A stretch of 64,000 bases of DNA from Spongiivirga sp. MCCC 1A20706 (GTDB taxonomy: Bacteria; Bacteroidota; Bacteroidia; Flavobacteriales; Flavobacteriaceae). The position numbers were made by a program, and so were the translations under genes. The DNA lies in NCBI RefSeq assembly GCF_046524175.1, contig NZ_JBEFZF010000002.1:107304-171303 (forward strand). Direction: 5' to 3'. This document shows, one piece after another, positions 9,488 to 19,260 of the stretch (within the stretch, counting starts at the first letter, position 1; the number at the start of each line of letters is the position of its first letter). The notes below the pieces were generated by a model. It had not been told where the DNA came from. It searched no databases and was given only the letters and a program-made list of their open reading frames with translations.

Positions 9488-9530
9488 AACACCCCTCTAA
9501 ATCTCCCCTTAAAGGGGAGACTTATAATGA
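9488..9530. repeat. Small hairpin-containing repeat (aacacccctctaWatctcYcctYaaRggggagacttWtaatg), copy 1
   Basis: Near-identical 43-nt copy at 24941-24983. Internal stem tctcccc/ggggaga. Confidence 0.6.
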
Positions 9531-9602
9531 TGATAAGTTAAAATTTGTTTGGGATGTGGTTTTTAAATATGTAAATTTGCCGACTGTTTTGAAGAAAAAC
9601 GG

Positions 9603-9650
9603 GGTCCTATAGCTCATCCCGATAGTTATCGGGAGGTTAGCGCACCTGAC
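9603..9650 (+). pseudogene. Degenerate 5' half of the tRNA-Met gene carrying an 18-nt hairpin insertion
   Basis: ggtcctatagctca[tcccgatagttatcggga]ggttagcgcacctgac matches positions 1-31 of the intact tRNA 110 bp downstream, then diverges. Confidence 0.55.
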
Positions 9651-9711
9651 GTAATAGTTAAGGCGCTTTAGGACTTGCAAAATACAATAAGTTAGTTTTC
9701 TACTAACAATA

Positions 9712-9785
9712 GGTCCTATAGCTCAGCTGGTTAGAGCACCTGACTCATAATCAGGGGGTCCATGGTTCGAGCCCATGTGGGACCA
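9712..9785 (+). tRNA. tRNA-Met (anticodon CAT; elongator-type stem, could alternatively be lysidine-modified tRNA-Ile2)
   Basis: Hand-folded cloverleaf: acceptor ggtccta/tgggacc, D stem gctc/gagc, anticodon stem cctga/tcagg with loop ctCATaa, T arm catgg-ttcgagc-ccatg. CCA not encoded. Confidence 0.85.
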
Positions 9786-9794
9786 CATTATTAA

Positions 9795-9828
9795 AAATCC
9801 AACCTATTAGTTAGGTTGGATTTTTTTG
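9795..9828 (+). terminator. Rho-independent terminator after the tRNA
   Basis: atccaacctattagttaggttggat hairpin followed by ttttttt. Confidence 0.75.
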
Positions 9829-9868
9829 TATAACCCAATGCACTGCTTAAGTATGTGTCAAAGAAACA

Positions 9869-11224
9869 TTAGAAATTTTTCTTAAACGACCTTGACAATG
9901 GTATGATTTCTTTATTCATTAGAACTAGGTAGTCCTTATTTATTTGTTTGATAAAGTTAGAGTTGACTATAAATGATCTATGACATTGAATAAAGTTTGG
10001 TGGTAGCTCTTCTTTGATTTTGCTTAACTTCCCCCTAACGAAATGGTTTTTCCCATTAGAAGTGAAAATATTCAAGTAGTGGTCATCTGACTTGAGATAG
10101 ATCAAATCTGAACTATAAATCTTGGTTTTATCTTTTAGAACCACATGATTTTTTATCACAATATTTTTAAGCTCATCAAGTTTTTGCAAGGTTTCGAATT
10201 TTTCAATTTTTAATGACCTAGACTTATTTAGATATTTTTTGTATCTGACAAAAACGATGATTAAAACAATGCTGATTGTAACCATTATTAAGAAAACAAA
10301 AATGTATCTATTCCTAAGGCGATTAATATTGTTATAAGCCTTTAAAAGACTTGCTTGGTTTCCTAAGTTTGGAGTTGTTCCGTTTTTTTTTAGTTCTTTC
10401 AATTCTAAATTTCTCAGGGCAATAGTCTTTTTTAGAAAGAAATACGCACTATCAATTTTATTTATTTTTTCATAGCTTTCTGTTAACCATTTTAAAGATG
10501 TTATTTGAACTGATTTCACCGTATCACGAGCTATATGTTTTTTTAAATATGGAACGGCTTTTTCATATTGTTTGTTAGCTAGATAGTTTAACCCAGTGCC
10601 CAAATCAATACTTTTTATTCCAGAATACTCATACCAAATAGGGTATTGTTCATATATTTCAGCTGCTATTGAATAGTGATGTGCTGCATTATCATACTCT
10701 TTAAGCCAATGGGATAAGTAGAATGCCAAAAGTTCATGATACATCCCCCTCGCAACACTTTTTTCACCGGAATATTTAAGCATTTGATCAAAACTTAATG
10801 ATACTTTTTCTTTACTGATACCGTCAGTATAATTCTCGGTAAAAATCAAACTAACGACAACAATTTTATAACTACGACGAAACTCTTCTGGTTGGAAATC
10901 ATAATATTTATTATTGGGAGAATAAAGAGTTGGTGAGTTTATTTTAAACCAAACTACTTTGTTCAGTGAATCACGAACTGAGTCTGTTATGTAATCTATG
11001 TTATTGTCTAAATATCCAAGGAGGTCAGAATACCTTAGACTTATTCCATAACCAGAGTTTAATGAGTCTCGTATTTTAAAATAGTCTAAGGAATCCTGTT
11101 GTTTTTTTGTAAGAGTCTTTTGGTTTTGATATGGTTCAACTAACCTTTTTGAATTTAAATTAGTGTTATATAAAACAGATGAAAGAAATAATCCTAAAGC
11201 ATAACCAGTTAGTAACTTAAACAT
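9869..11224 (-). CDS. Transmembrane one-component regulator: periplasmic TPR-like sensor region, one TM helix, cytoplasmic LytTR DNA-binding domain
   Basis: N-terminal signal/TM. Internal TM IFVFLIMVTISIVLIIVFV. C-terminal DDHYLNIFTSNGKNHFVRGKLSKIKEELPPNFIQCHRSFIVN is the LytTR signature. Confidence 0.75.
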   Translation of the reverse strand: MFKLLTGYALGLFLSSVLYNTNLNSKRLVEPYQNQKTLTKKQQDSLDYFKIRDSLNSGYGISLRYSDLLGYLDNNIDYITDSVRDSLNKVVWFKINSPTLYSPNNKYYDFQPEEFRRSYKIVVVSLIFTENYTDGISKEKVSLSFDQMLKYSGEKSVARGMYHELLAFYLSHWLKEYDNAAHHYSIAAEIYEQYPIWYEYSGIKSIDLGTGLNYLANKQYEKAVPYLKKHIARDTVKSVQITSLKWLTESYEKINKIDSAYFFLKKTIALRNLELKELKKNGTTPNLGNQASLLKAYNNINRLRNRYIFVFLIMVTISIVLIIVFVRYKKYLNKSRSLKIEKFETLQKLDELKNIVIKNHVVLKDKTKIYSSDLIYLKSDDHYLNIFTSNGKNHFVRGKLSKIKEELPPNFIQCHRSFIVNSNFIKQINKDYLVLMNKEIIPLSRSFKKNF

Positions 11225-11251
11225 TAAATAAAGTTAGATAATTAATTAAAA

Positions 11252-12910
11252 TCAGTTTTTATTTTTTAGAGACTTAGCTTTCCCTAAGTTATAGGTTAAT
11301 CCAAAAAATTGTCCGATACCAAGCTTTTCAACAGTAGGAATAGTCTCATTACTTGAAAATTGGTATCTGGTGTTTCCATCAGCGACAAATGAATCTTGAA
11401 TTGTAGTTGTTCTACCAACAGATATTCCATAATGAAAAACAAAACGAGACATTTTCCCAACAATGAAACCGCCTCCTAGCAGGAATTGAAATTTTTGTTC
11501 ATCAGTAAACATTGCTCCAAAGCTAAATGTTGGTTTAATCCATGTGCCGGTTCTATAAGATAGGTTGGCAACACTTCCAAAACCATAATTTAGCGAACCT
11601 AAATTTTTTTCATTTATAATTTGATATTCTTCATTTACACCGTTAAATTCTTCTGACATAGTTTGTATTGAGTATTCTTTGTTTGTCAGGGTAGATAAGA
11701 AGACACCAGCGCTGATATCAATTTTAAAACCACCTTTTATCCATATGTTATATTTTTTCTCATCTAAAAACGAGCTACTCTCTTTCTTAGCTCTTCTTTT
11801 CAATGTAAATTCCAATGCGTCAATATTTTTTCCGTCAAACTCATAAGGCAGAGTGTAGTGTTCAGTTTTAAATGAATACAATTTATCAATTGACTTGGAT
11901 GCTAACTCTACCAGAGGGATAAATTTGTTTTTTAGGGTTTCATTAAATAAGCCTGAATACTCTATATTTAAAGTATTTTCAGCCTTATGAGTGACTTTAT
12001 TGGTAGCATCAATAATGGCATCATATCTTTTTTCTAACGAGGTTCTTTTGTCCTTGTGTTTTTCAATAATTAGGTAATCTTTTGCCTCTAATTCGGACAA
12101 ATACAATTCAGCTTCTTTATTGACTTTTCTCATTCGAATGGAATTAGCTTCAATTTGTAATCTAAACCCTCTAAATTTTGCTTTGTTATCTATTTTTTCT
12201 TGCTTTTTTGCCTTATCATTAATTGGCTTTAAATCATTTTGAAGGGTTTCATATTTTTTATTTAAATCTTCTTTTTTTCTCCTATTTTGTTCTAAAGCAA
12301 TTTGTCCTTTTTGAATTTTTTGATTTAACTCAGATATTAAATTTTCCTTATCCTTGATTAATTTTTTGTTAGTGCCAATTAAACTCTGAATTTCAAAGTC
12401 AAAGCTTGTGTATTCAATTAGTTTTGTCTCACTGCTTAATTCTTGATTTCTAACCTTAATCTCTGAGATTTCATCACTCAAATTTGAGACAGTAGTTTTT
12501 AGCGTATCAATCTTCGAAGTGAAAGCCTCTATAGTTGTTACCCCGTTTATGGCTTTCCCTGCCTCTGACTCTTGATCAGTTGGTGAAGTTTTTTTTATCA
12601 AATCAATAACCCCCTCTTGTTTTTTTTCAAATCTTGCTTTTGAGTCTGAAAATAGATCTAAAGTTTTTTTATTGAGTTCATAGGTATATTTAAATGGATT
12701 TGCATTTTTTAACTTGAATGCCAAAAGTTGATTCGTTTTCACACTCAGCTTTTCTTTCAAACAGTCGGCTGAATCGTTTTCAATACAAATACTAGCAAAG
12801 CTATTAACTTTTGGGCTTGCCATGTCTAAAACAAAAACCTTTGTTTCTTGACAATAACTCTGAACACTAAATAAGATGAAAATAACAGACAATGAAATAC
12901 GTATAATCAT
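11252..12910 (-). CDS. Secreted coiled-coil protein with a beta-rich (possible outer-membrane barrel) C-terminus; hypothetical
   Basis: Signal peptide MIIRISLSVIFILFSVQSYCQ, long Lys/Glu heptad-rich centre, Gly/aromatic-rich C-terminal third. AT-rich codon usage. Confidence 0.55.
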   Translation of the reverse strand: MIIRISLSVIFILFSVQSYCQETKVFVLDMASPKVNSFASICIENDSADCLKEKLSVKTNQLLAFKLKNANPFKYTYELNKKTLDLFSDSKARFEKKQEGVIDLIKKTSPTDQESEAGKAINGVTTIEAFTSKIDTLKTTVSNLSDEISEIKVRNQELSSETKLIEYTSFDFEIQSLIGTNKKLIKDKENLISELNQKIQKGQIALEQNRRKKEDLNKKYETLQNDLKPINDKAKKQEKIDNKAKFRGFRLQIEANSIRMRKVNKEAELYLSELEAKDYLIIEKHKDKRTSLEKRYDAIIDATNKVTHKAENTLNIEYSGLFNETLKNKFIPLVELASKSIDKLYSFKTEHYTLPYEFDGKNIDALEFTLKRRAKKESSSFLDEKKYNIWIKGGFKIDISAGVFLSTLTNKEYSIQTMSEEFNGVNEEYQIINEKNLGSLNYGFGSVANLSYRTGTWIKPTFSFGAMFTDEQKFQFLLGGGFIVGKMSRFVFHYGISVGRTTTIQDSFVADGNTRYQFSSNETIPTVEKLGIGQFFGLTYNLGKAKSLKNKN

Positions 12911-13222
12911 GACAATTGTTTTTATGGTTGACTGTGTAAAACTATCTGTGAATCAATGATTAAAACAAAAAAATGTCGTGAATGACACCACAAATGACGT
13001 GAGTGGTATTAAAGAAATAAGAGAGGCTTTGTCTAATATTTTTTTTACAAACTTTTTGAGAGAAAGATGGATTTATAAATAAATCATTCTTACTATTTTT
13101 TAAAATAAATACTTAAAATCAGTAAGTCTTGTCTTCTGACATAAGAAACTGCTAGTAAACAAGAAATGCGTATTTTCTGAATATAAGTAGTAAGTTTACA
13201 TCTGTTCGGTTAATAGGATAAA

Positions 13223-13810
13223 ATGATTAAAAAAGGTAAAATGGATATAGTTGCAGGTGTATTTATATTAGTTGGCACTGCCATTGGGATTTGGGCTAAT
13301 GAAATAAACAAAAGAGAATCTGATAATCTCGAAAAAAAGAATAGTATACTTAGAAAGGAATTAAAAGAAATTTCTGAGGAAAATCTTCGGCTTTCAAAAA
13401 AGATGGAAAACTATGTAGAGTCATCAAACTATTTTAATAAAACTAATTTCTCTTATTTAAAAAAAGATTTCCCTTTGGGTTATACAGTTGTTAAGCAGAA
13501 TGAGGATTTTGATGATTTCGTTCAAGCTTTTGGCGAACATAGAGACTATGAATATTATGGCTCTAGAATATATCGTGATAAGGAAACCCAAGATTATTTA
13601 ATTGTACTTAAAGATTTTAAAATTAATATTAATGGGGTATCTATCTCGGGAGGAGAAACGGGGGTTAAAATTGATCCGGATAATTACAAAGACTATCAAT
13701 TACTTATGCCTCAACAACCTCTTTTAGATGTTAATATGGTAATACTAATGATCGATAGTAAACAAAAGTATACATACGCAATCGGTTTAATACCGAAGAT
13801 AAATAAATAG
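13223..13810 (+). CDS. Hypothetical membrane-anchored protein
   Basis: ORF with an N-terminal TM helix and a coiled-coil segment. No recognisable domain. Confidence 0.45.
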   Translation: MIKKGKMDIVAGVFILVGTAIGIWANEINKRESDNLEKKNSILRKELKEISEENLRLSKKMENYVESSNYFNKTNFSYLKKDFPLGYTVVKQNEDFDDFVQAFGEHRDYEYYGSRIYRDKETQDYLIVLKDFKININGVSISGGETGVKIDPDNYKDYQLLMPQQPLLDVNMVILMIDSKQKYTYAIGLIPKINK

Positions 13811-13845
13811 AATATTTAATATTATTTGGAAGTATGCGTTTAAGT

Positions 13846-15330
13846 TTATTTAAAATCCAAAATCCGAATACACTCATTAATTCTTCCTTCAAGAACTTTC
13901 TTATGTTGCGGATATCCAATATAAAGTTGTTTAGCTATTTCTGCTTTTTCCTTTGCTAACCTGAGACTTTTATTTTTGTTGGATCTCATATAAAGTAAGG
14001 CAAAAGCTAAATAAGAATCTGCTAACCTAGCCGCAGAGTTGACATCAGGTCTTTTGCTATTAATATTAGTTAGAATTTCTATAGCATCTTCGTAAAAAGT
14101 TTTTGCGTTTTTATAGTCATTTAGATCAGTATGAATCATACCTAAAAAATGTAGATTATTTGCATATCCAACCTTATCAAACGTGCTTCTGAGAGGTAAT
14201 ATTTGCTTAAAATATTTGTCAGATTGTAAAAAAAACGATTTAGCTTTCTTAAATTCCTTATTTCCTTTAATTACAATAGCGTAACTAGATAATATTGCAG
14301 CGTATCTTAATTTGTATATATATTCAGATTTATTGGGATAATGATTTAGTATTTTTTCTGCTTTTTTAAAATATACATCTACTAATTCATAATTTTTCTG
14401 ATGACCAAAATGATTTATTGAAGATATAATAGTTGTCATTAGTTCACTAAAATATGTGTTGTTTTTTTTGTAGGCTTTTTCTTTTAGTTTTAGTGCATTT
14501 AGAAGATAATCTTCCTTATTTGTAGCAATTTCAAATTCTATATTTGGGTTATTTAAAAGCGCAAATATATTTTGATTTATTGCCCCTAATTCCGCATCAT
14601 ATCCTTTATTATTATTTTCTTTTTTTAATTTATTATAAATATCTATCGCCTTTTGATAATTATGGAACGATTTTTCACCTAAACCTTTTGTCCTGTAAAA
14701 TATACCTAAATCCCTTAAGGTTTCCGCTTCATTTGCTAAGAGAAAGTTATCCTTATTAGAAATTTTACTAAAGGATGCTAGGGATTTTTTAAGATATGGT
14801 TCAGGATTTCTTTTAGTAGAAGCTAACCCTTGTAGAAATATATGTCCAATATAAGAGTTAGCGATTGCAATAATTTTATGGTCAAAAACTTCCTTTAGAA
14901 CAACTTCAAAAGAACTCAAAGACTCATTATACTCTTCTGAGATAAAATGAGCTATTGCCTTTTGAGTATTTGAAGCATTTTTGGATTTGGATTTTTCGAG
15001 AAATAACTTCAATCCTTTTATATCTAAGTTATATTGATTTTGTATATATATTTCAAATGCTTCATCTGGGTTGTTTATATCTACATCATTTTCTTTGAAA
15101 TATCTTGCTAACCCTAGAAGGGGCTTTAATTCTTTAAGAGTTTTGTCTTGTTCTTGGTTTTTTGTAATACCATTATTTCGATATAAAAGTCCCGCAACAG
15201 CTGCAATTACCACACAAATAAAAATAATCCAACTTAACATTTTTTGATTTTTGCTTGAATTCATAGACACAAATCTAAATAAATTGTTATTAAAATAGGC
15301 ATACAATTCGGTTGCCAGAAAAGTTGACAA
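13846..15330 (-). CDS. TPR-repeat protein with N-terminal membrane anchor
   Basis: TM WIIFICVVIAAVAGLLY followed by multiple degenerate 34-aa TPR-like repeats (..AIDIYNKL.., ..AEKILNHY..). Confidence 0.6.
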   Translation of the reverse strand: MSTFLATELYAYFNNNLFRFVSMNSSKNQKMLSWIIFICVVIAAVAGLLYRNNGITKNQEQDKTLKELKPLLGLARYFKENDVDINNPDEAFEIYIQNQYNLDIKGLKLFLEKSKSKNASNTQKAIAHFISEEYNESLSSFEVVLKEVFDHKIIAIANSYIGHIFLQGLASTKRNPEPYLKKSLASFSKISNKDNFLLANEAETLRDLGIFYRTKGLGEKSFHNYQKAIDIYNKLKKENNNKGYDAELGAINQNIFALLNNPNIEFEIATNKEDYLLNALKLKEKAYKKNNTYFSELMTTIISSINHFGHQKNYELVDVYFKKAEKILNHYPNKSEYIYKLRYAAILSSYAIVIKGNKEFKKAKSFFLQSDKYFKQILPLRSTFDKVGYANNLHFLGMIHTDLNDYKNAKTFYEDAIEILTNINSKRPDVNSAARLADSYLAFALLYMRSNKNKSLRLAKEKAEIAKQLYIGYPQHKKVLEGRINECIRILDFK

Positions 15331-15361
15331 GCTATTAATAGACTGTAAGTAAAGAAATTAT

Positions 15362-15392
15362 GGTCCATGGTTCGAGCCCATGTGGGACCACA
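15362..15392 (+). repeat. Direct repeat of the last 30 nt of tRNA-Met (attachment-site-like scar), followed by a diverged copy of the tRNA terminator
   Basis: ggtccatggttcgagcccatgtgggaccac is identical to 9757-9786. A further ~45 nt is near-identical, including the terminator hairpin at 15400-15432. Confidence 0.85.
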
Positions 15393-15399
15393 CTATTAA

Positions 15400-15432
15400 A
15401 AATCCAATCTAACTCAATAGATTGGATTTTTT
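15400..15432 (+). terminator. Rho-independent terminator (diverged copy of the tRNA terminator)
   Basis: atccaatctaactcaatagattggat hairpin followed by tttttt. Confidence 0.6.
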
Positions 15433-15642
15433 GTTTAAAATAGAAAGCGCCAGTATTGCTACTGGCGCCAACTTGAGTAAGACAGGGGAACTGCAGTTTA
15501 ACCAACCGCATGATAGATCATGGTAAGCGGAATAAGCATCAACATTGCAACGAGCAATACGTTTAATAATCTTACAAAATTTAAAAATCCGATTCGGTAG
15601 AATGTGTTTAACGTGTTCATAATAGTATGTTTTAAAAAGTTA

Positions 15643-17589
15643 TTATTGTCCTATTTGGTTAAATGATGATGTGTCGATTGCATTAGGGTTAGAGGCTTCA
15701 ATTTGAAAAATAGCATCGTTAAAATCGTTGTCTCCGTTAGGTACTGAAATGTCTTCGAATGCAATGACCGTAGACTGACAGGTTTGATCGTAAAACAGAA
15801 TACTTTGCTGTCGTCCGCTTAAATTAAAATTGATGTCGGTGTGTTGAGAATAATATCCATCAGTGATACTTCCGTTTCTCCATCCGTTGGCGATCAGGAA
15901 AAATCCAACTACCGTACCTGATTCAAAACTACCTAGTAATCGCATTGTATTACCTCGAATGAGTCCGCCACCGGATCCTTGTGCCGAAGCATTTGGAAAT
16001 ATGACAGTTTTATCCAGGTCATTTACACTTGCCGGAGGATTATCCTGATTATAGGTATAGTAGCCTAGCACATTTTTATACCCTGCGCCTTCATCAATAA
16101 ATGTTAAGTATAGATCGGTTTCTTCACTTATATATAATTCTTTTACTGGGTTTGTAAAGTACTCGGGATGTGCTTGCATCGCATTTTGTCGTTCCGGAAG
16201 AACATTTTGGTAGATATTAGGGAGTAATGTACTGCACACTTCAACATCTTCTTCCATTCCGTCTGGCACTCCTTTTTCATCATAGGTAGTAACCGTTTTG
16301 TATTCGTCCTTTTCTCTTTTGCGCAGAATTTTGAATCCGCCACCACCTTTGGCAACAAAAACCCATTCACCATCAGCCATGATAAAGTTAGCAGAGGCGT
16401 CATCTTCCTGCATATCCCAGAAAAATACCGGATTTATTTCTTCGCCTTCGACCGTAGGGTGCTTCGCAATAGCAATACCGTCTGCACCATTGGCCATATA
16501 GATATAGTCATTATCGGTAGTAATTCCGTTTGTATTACCAACAACTAGCATTAACCCTTCAGATTCATTTAAGATCGTGCCAGAATTGACATCAACATTG
16601 GCCAAACCATACTTGCCCTTAGCGACATATAGTTGATTACTATGTATTGGGGAAAATTCCATCGTAGATTTACCGCGATATGTTTCTACTACATTTTGAT
16701 GAAAAATGCTGCCTATAGGAAAGCTAGTGGTATTCAATGCATCATTTACATCGGCAACCCTTATAAAAGCCTCATCTCCTGTGATCAGACTTGCTACTTT
16801 CGAGTTGTCGGAATTAAGCGCCAAGTACTTCGCATTGGCATATACTTCGTGGTCTAAGGCATTGAGATTATCCTTATTTAGAATAACGGTACCACCATGT
16901 GTTTTTCCCGAAGTGATATAGATATAATTATCAGTAGAAGCAATACCATTTGCTGAGGCAGAAACTCCTGAGTTTTCAAATACATTTGACAAATTAACCC
17001 GTTTGAAATCGGAGTTGAACTGCCCATTTGTTGTTGTGAGTTCAAATAATTGAGCTCCGTGCACATTATCCGACATGGCAGTCCAAATTTTCCGCAGACT
17101 ATTTGATCCTTCAAAGTCAGACGTCAACGCATTGACATCGGCATTATTAAAGTAAACCTGACTTATTATTTCAGGAAAATTAGGATTGGAAAGATCAATG
17201 ATTTCAACCGCACCCTTGTGTAAATCACCTTGCTTGTGATAGCTTACATATGCCTTGTCGTCAGCCAAGGTAATATGTGTCGCGCTTAGGGTAAACCCTC
17301 CAAGAACCAGAGGGTCTACTTCTGCAACATGCTCCCAGAAGTAATTTTCTTGCGCACCATTTACTTTAGCGGTTGAAAATTTTCCGGTCTTTGTTTTTAC
17401 AACTGGTTTAATAGTGGCAGTTCTATTAATAAAACGCAGCCGTTTTGTTAACTCATTTCTGTCATTGTTTACCGAAAAAGGATTTTCATCGATTGGTGCT
17501 TCAATTAATTCAGCTGTATTTTCTTCTGTACTACAACTTAGGAATCCTATAATAAGGACTATTTTAAATAGTATTTTTACTGTCTTCAT
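15643..17589 (-). CDS. Lipoprotein with LVIVD-type beta-propeller repeats and a C-terminal DUF4114-like region
   Basis: Lipobox IGFLSCS. Repeated ..YIYITSG.., ..YIYMANGADGIAIAK.. motifs. C-terminal GFFLIANGW...DGYYSQ...NDFNDAIFQIE. Confidence 0.55.
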   Translation of the reverse strand: MKTVKILFKIVLIIGFLSCSTEENTAELIEAPIDENPFSVNNDRNELTKRLRFINRTATIKPVVKTKTGKFSTAKVNGAQENYFWEHVAEVDPLVLGGFTLSATHITLADDKAYVSYHKQGDLHKGAVEIIDLSNPNFPEIISQVYFNNADVNALTSDFEGSNSLRKIWTAMSDNVHGAQLFELTTTNGQFNSDFKRVNLSNVFENSGVSASANGIASTDNYIYITSGKTHGGTVILNKDNLNALDHEVYANAKYLALNSDNSKVASLITGDEAFIRVADVNDALNTTSFPIGSIFHQNVVETYRGKSTMEFSPIHSNQLYVAKGKYGLANVDVNSGTILNESEGLMLVVGNTNGITTDNDYIYMANGADGIAIAKHPTVEGEEINPVFFWDMQEDDASANFIMADGEWVFVAKGGGGFKILRKREKDEYKTVTTYDEKGVPDGMEEDVEVCSTLLPNIYQNVLPERQNAMQAHPEYFTNPVKELYISEETDLYLTFIDEGAGYKNVLGYYTYNQDNPPASVNDLDKTVIFPNASAQGSGGGLIRGNTMRLLGSFESGTVVGFFLIANGWRNGSITDGYYSQHTDINFNLSGRQQSILFYDQTCQSTVIAFEDISVPNGDNDFNDAIFQIEASNPNAIDTSSFNQIGQ

Positions 17590-17595
17590 AGTTAT

Positions 17596-17820
17596 TTAAT
17601 TTGAGGTATTTTGTATATGACGAATCATGGTTTGTTGTGCTTTTACTTGTGCCTTTTTCAATGTTGGTTGAAAATCGGTTTCGTCTCTTGAAACACGAAT
17701 CATTTGATTGCCTTTGTATACAATCCACCAAAATTTTGAAGGTTTTAAAAATTCAGCTTTAAGGTGATATCCGTCTCCTGTTTTGACGTGTTTCCAGTCT
17801 TTATTTCCTGTCCATTGCAT
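17596..17820 (-). CDS. Small hypothetical protein (74 aa), immediately upstream of the lipoprotein gene
   Basis: ORF only. Trp/Lys-rich. No recognisable motif. Confidence 0.35.
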   Translation of the reverse strand: MQWTGNKDWKHVKTGDGYHLKAEFLKPSKFWWIVYKGNQMIRVSRDETDFQPTLKKAQVKAQQTMIRHIQNTSN

Positions 17821-17936
17821 AATACTTGGGGTTTAATTACAATGATAAATTTAGCGTTAGATTACCCTTTAGTGAGTTGTTTTTCGGCGGGTGGACGTTT
17901 GCTGTAGATGGATGGAAAAAAGAAGAGGATTATTGG

Positions 17937-19256
17937 TTATAAGCCTGCTTTCTTTGCTTGGATAGAAGATTTGTAAGGGTTCCATGTATCTTCAAAAGAC
18001 CGCTTAAAAAAGAATTCTTTATAGTAGGCAGCTGTACGAACGATTCTTAAGTATGTGCCAGTATAAATGGTCATCAAAGAAACATATGGCCATAAGTACA
18101 GTTCTTCTTTTCTGCGTTCTGAAAAAACGTAAATACTACACATTTGCACATAGCTCATTACAAAATATAGGGTAAAGTTCATGGGAATGACAAATTGCAG
18201 TTGACTGCTGTAATTAACAATAATATCAATAATGTAAAACCACCATAGTATATCAAGTACTACATTGTAAAATACATTTTCGGCAAGCGAAAAGAAGGTC
18301 GACCAGTTGAAGTTAGCGTTGGGGAAGTATACATCTTTGTGTTTGCGAACTCTAAATCGTATGATCGATTTATCCCAGCGCAATCGTTGTTTGGTTAATA
18401 CTTTAAATTTGGAAGGCGCATTGGTTAAGCAAATAGCACTGGGCTCAAAACAAACTTTATAACCTGATTTTCTAATTTTAACGGTAATGTCTCCGTCTAA
18501 ACCGGGGCCAATATCCCAACCTCCTATAGCATCAATGACATCTGCTCTAAAAGCGCCAAATGCTCCTGAAATAATTTTATAAATTCCTAAATATGAGGTG
18601 ATGATTCGGCCTACTGAAACGGTTTTTAGATACTCAATTGCCTGCAATCTGGCGCATAAACTTTCCTTATAATTTCTAACTTTTACATTGCCACCCACGG
18701 CTGCAATTTTTTCGTTCATGTAAAAAGGAACCAATACATTTTCGATAGCATCATAATCAAAAGAACAATCGGCGTCAAGATGTACAATGTATTTGCCGCT
18801 ACTATATCGCAACGCTAAATTGGCAGCAGAGGCTTTACCTCCTCGCATTTCGTTTCTAATAAATTTATCGATTAAACCTAGGCGTTCTAAGTTTTTACCG
18901 ATAATTGGGGTGTCATCGTCAGAGCCATCATCAACAATAATGAGTTCAAAGTTTGAAAAAGTTTGTTCTGCTAATGATTTTGTTAATTTGTAAAGATGTT
19001 TTCCTTCGTTCTTACCCGGAATTATAACTGAAACAAATGGATTTTCAAGACGTAATAATTGCCTGGCTTTTTCGAATTTTTTAGCGCGCTTTTTTCTGTT
19101 AATCCAAAATATTAATGCCACTATATAATCAATAATGATGTATCGGGTAAACTCAAACAAAATGAAATACCAAAAAACCCGAATGAATTTTGGTAACCCT
19201 ACTTCATTCCAATAGTTAATATATTCAGGTACTATATTTTCTAATTGTAATGACAT
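17937..19256 (-). CDS. Processive family-2 glycosyltransferase (membrane-embedded polysaccharide synthase; PgaC/NodC/HasA-like)
   Basis: VSVIIPGKNEG...LIIVDDGSDD (DxD) ...QRLRW (QxxRW processivity motif). TM helices at both ends. 439 aa. Confidence 0.85.
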   Translation of the reverse strand: MSLQLENIVPEYINYWNEVGLPKFIRVFWYFILFEFTRYIIIDYIVALIFWINRKKRAKKFEKARQLLRLENPFVSVIIPGKNEGKHLYKLTKSLAEQTFSNFELIIVDDGSDDDTPIIGKNLERLGLIDKFIRNEMRGGKASAANLALRYSSGKYIVHLDADCSFDYDAIENVLVPFYMNEKIAAVGGNVKVRNYKESLCARLQAIEYLKTVSVGRIITSYLGIYKIISGAFGAFRADVIDAIGGWDIGPGLDGDITVKIRKSGYKVCFEPSAICLTNAPSKFKVLTKQRLRWDKSIIRFRVRKHKDVYFPNANFNWSTFFSLAENVFYNVVLDILWWFYIIDIIVNYSSQLQFVIPMNFTLYFVMSYVQMCSIYVFSERRKEELYLWPYVSLMTIYTGTYLRIVRTAAYYKEFFFKRSFEDTWNPYKSSIQAKKAGL

Positions 19257-19260
19257 GCAA

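Noticed and set aside
9786-15361. Integrase, excisionase or transposase within the tRNA-bounded insert
   Set aside because: None of the four ORFs carries tyrosine or serine recombinase motifs (no R..H..R..Y box, no DDE). The island is called a remnant only.
17937-19256. C-terminal PilZ or c-di-GMP-binding domain on the GT2 synthase
   Set aside because: The protein ends after its C-terminal TM helices at 439 aa. No RxxxR...DxSxxG motif was seen.
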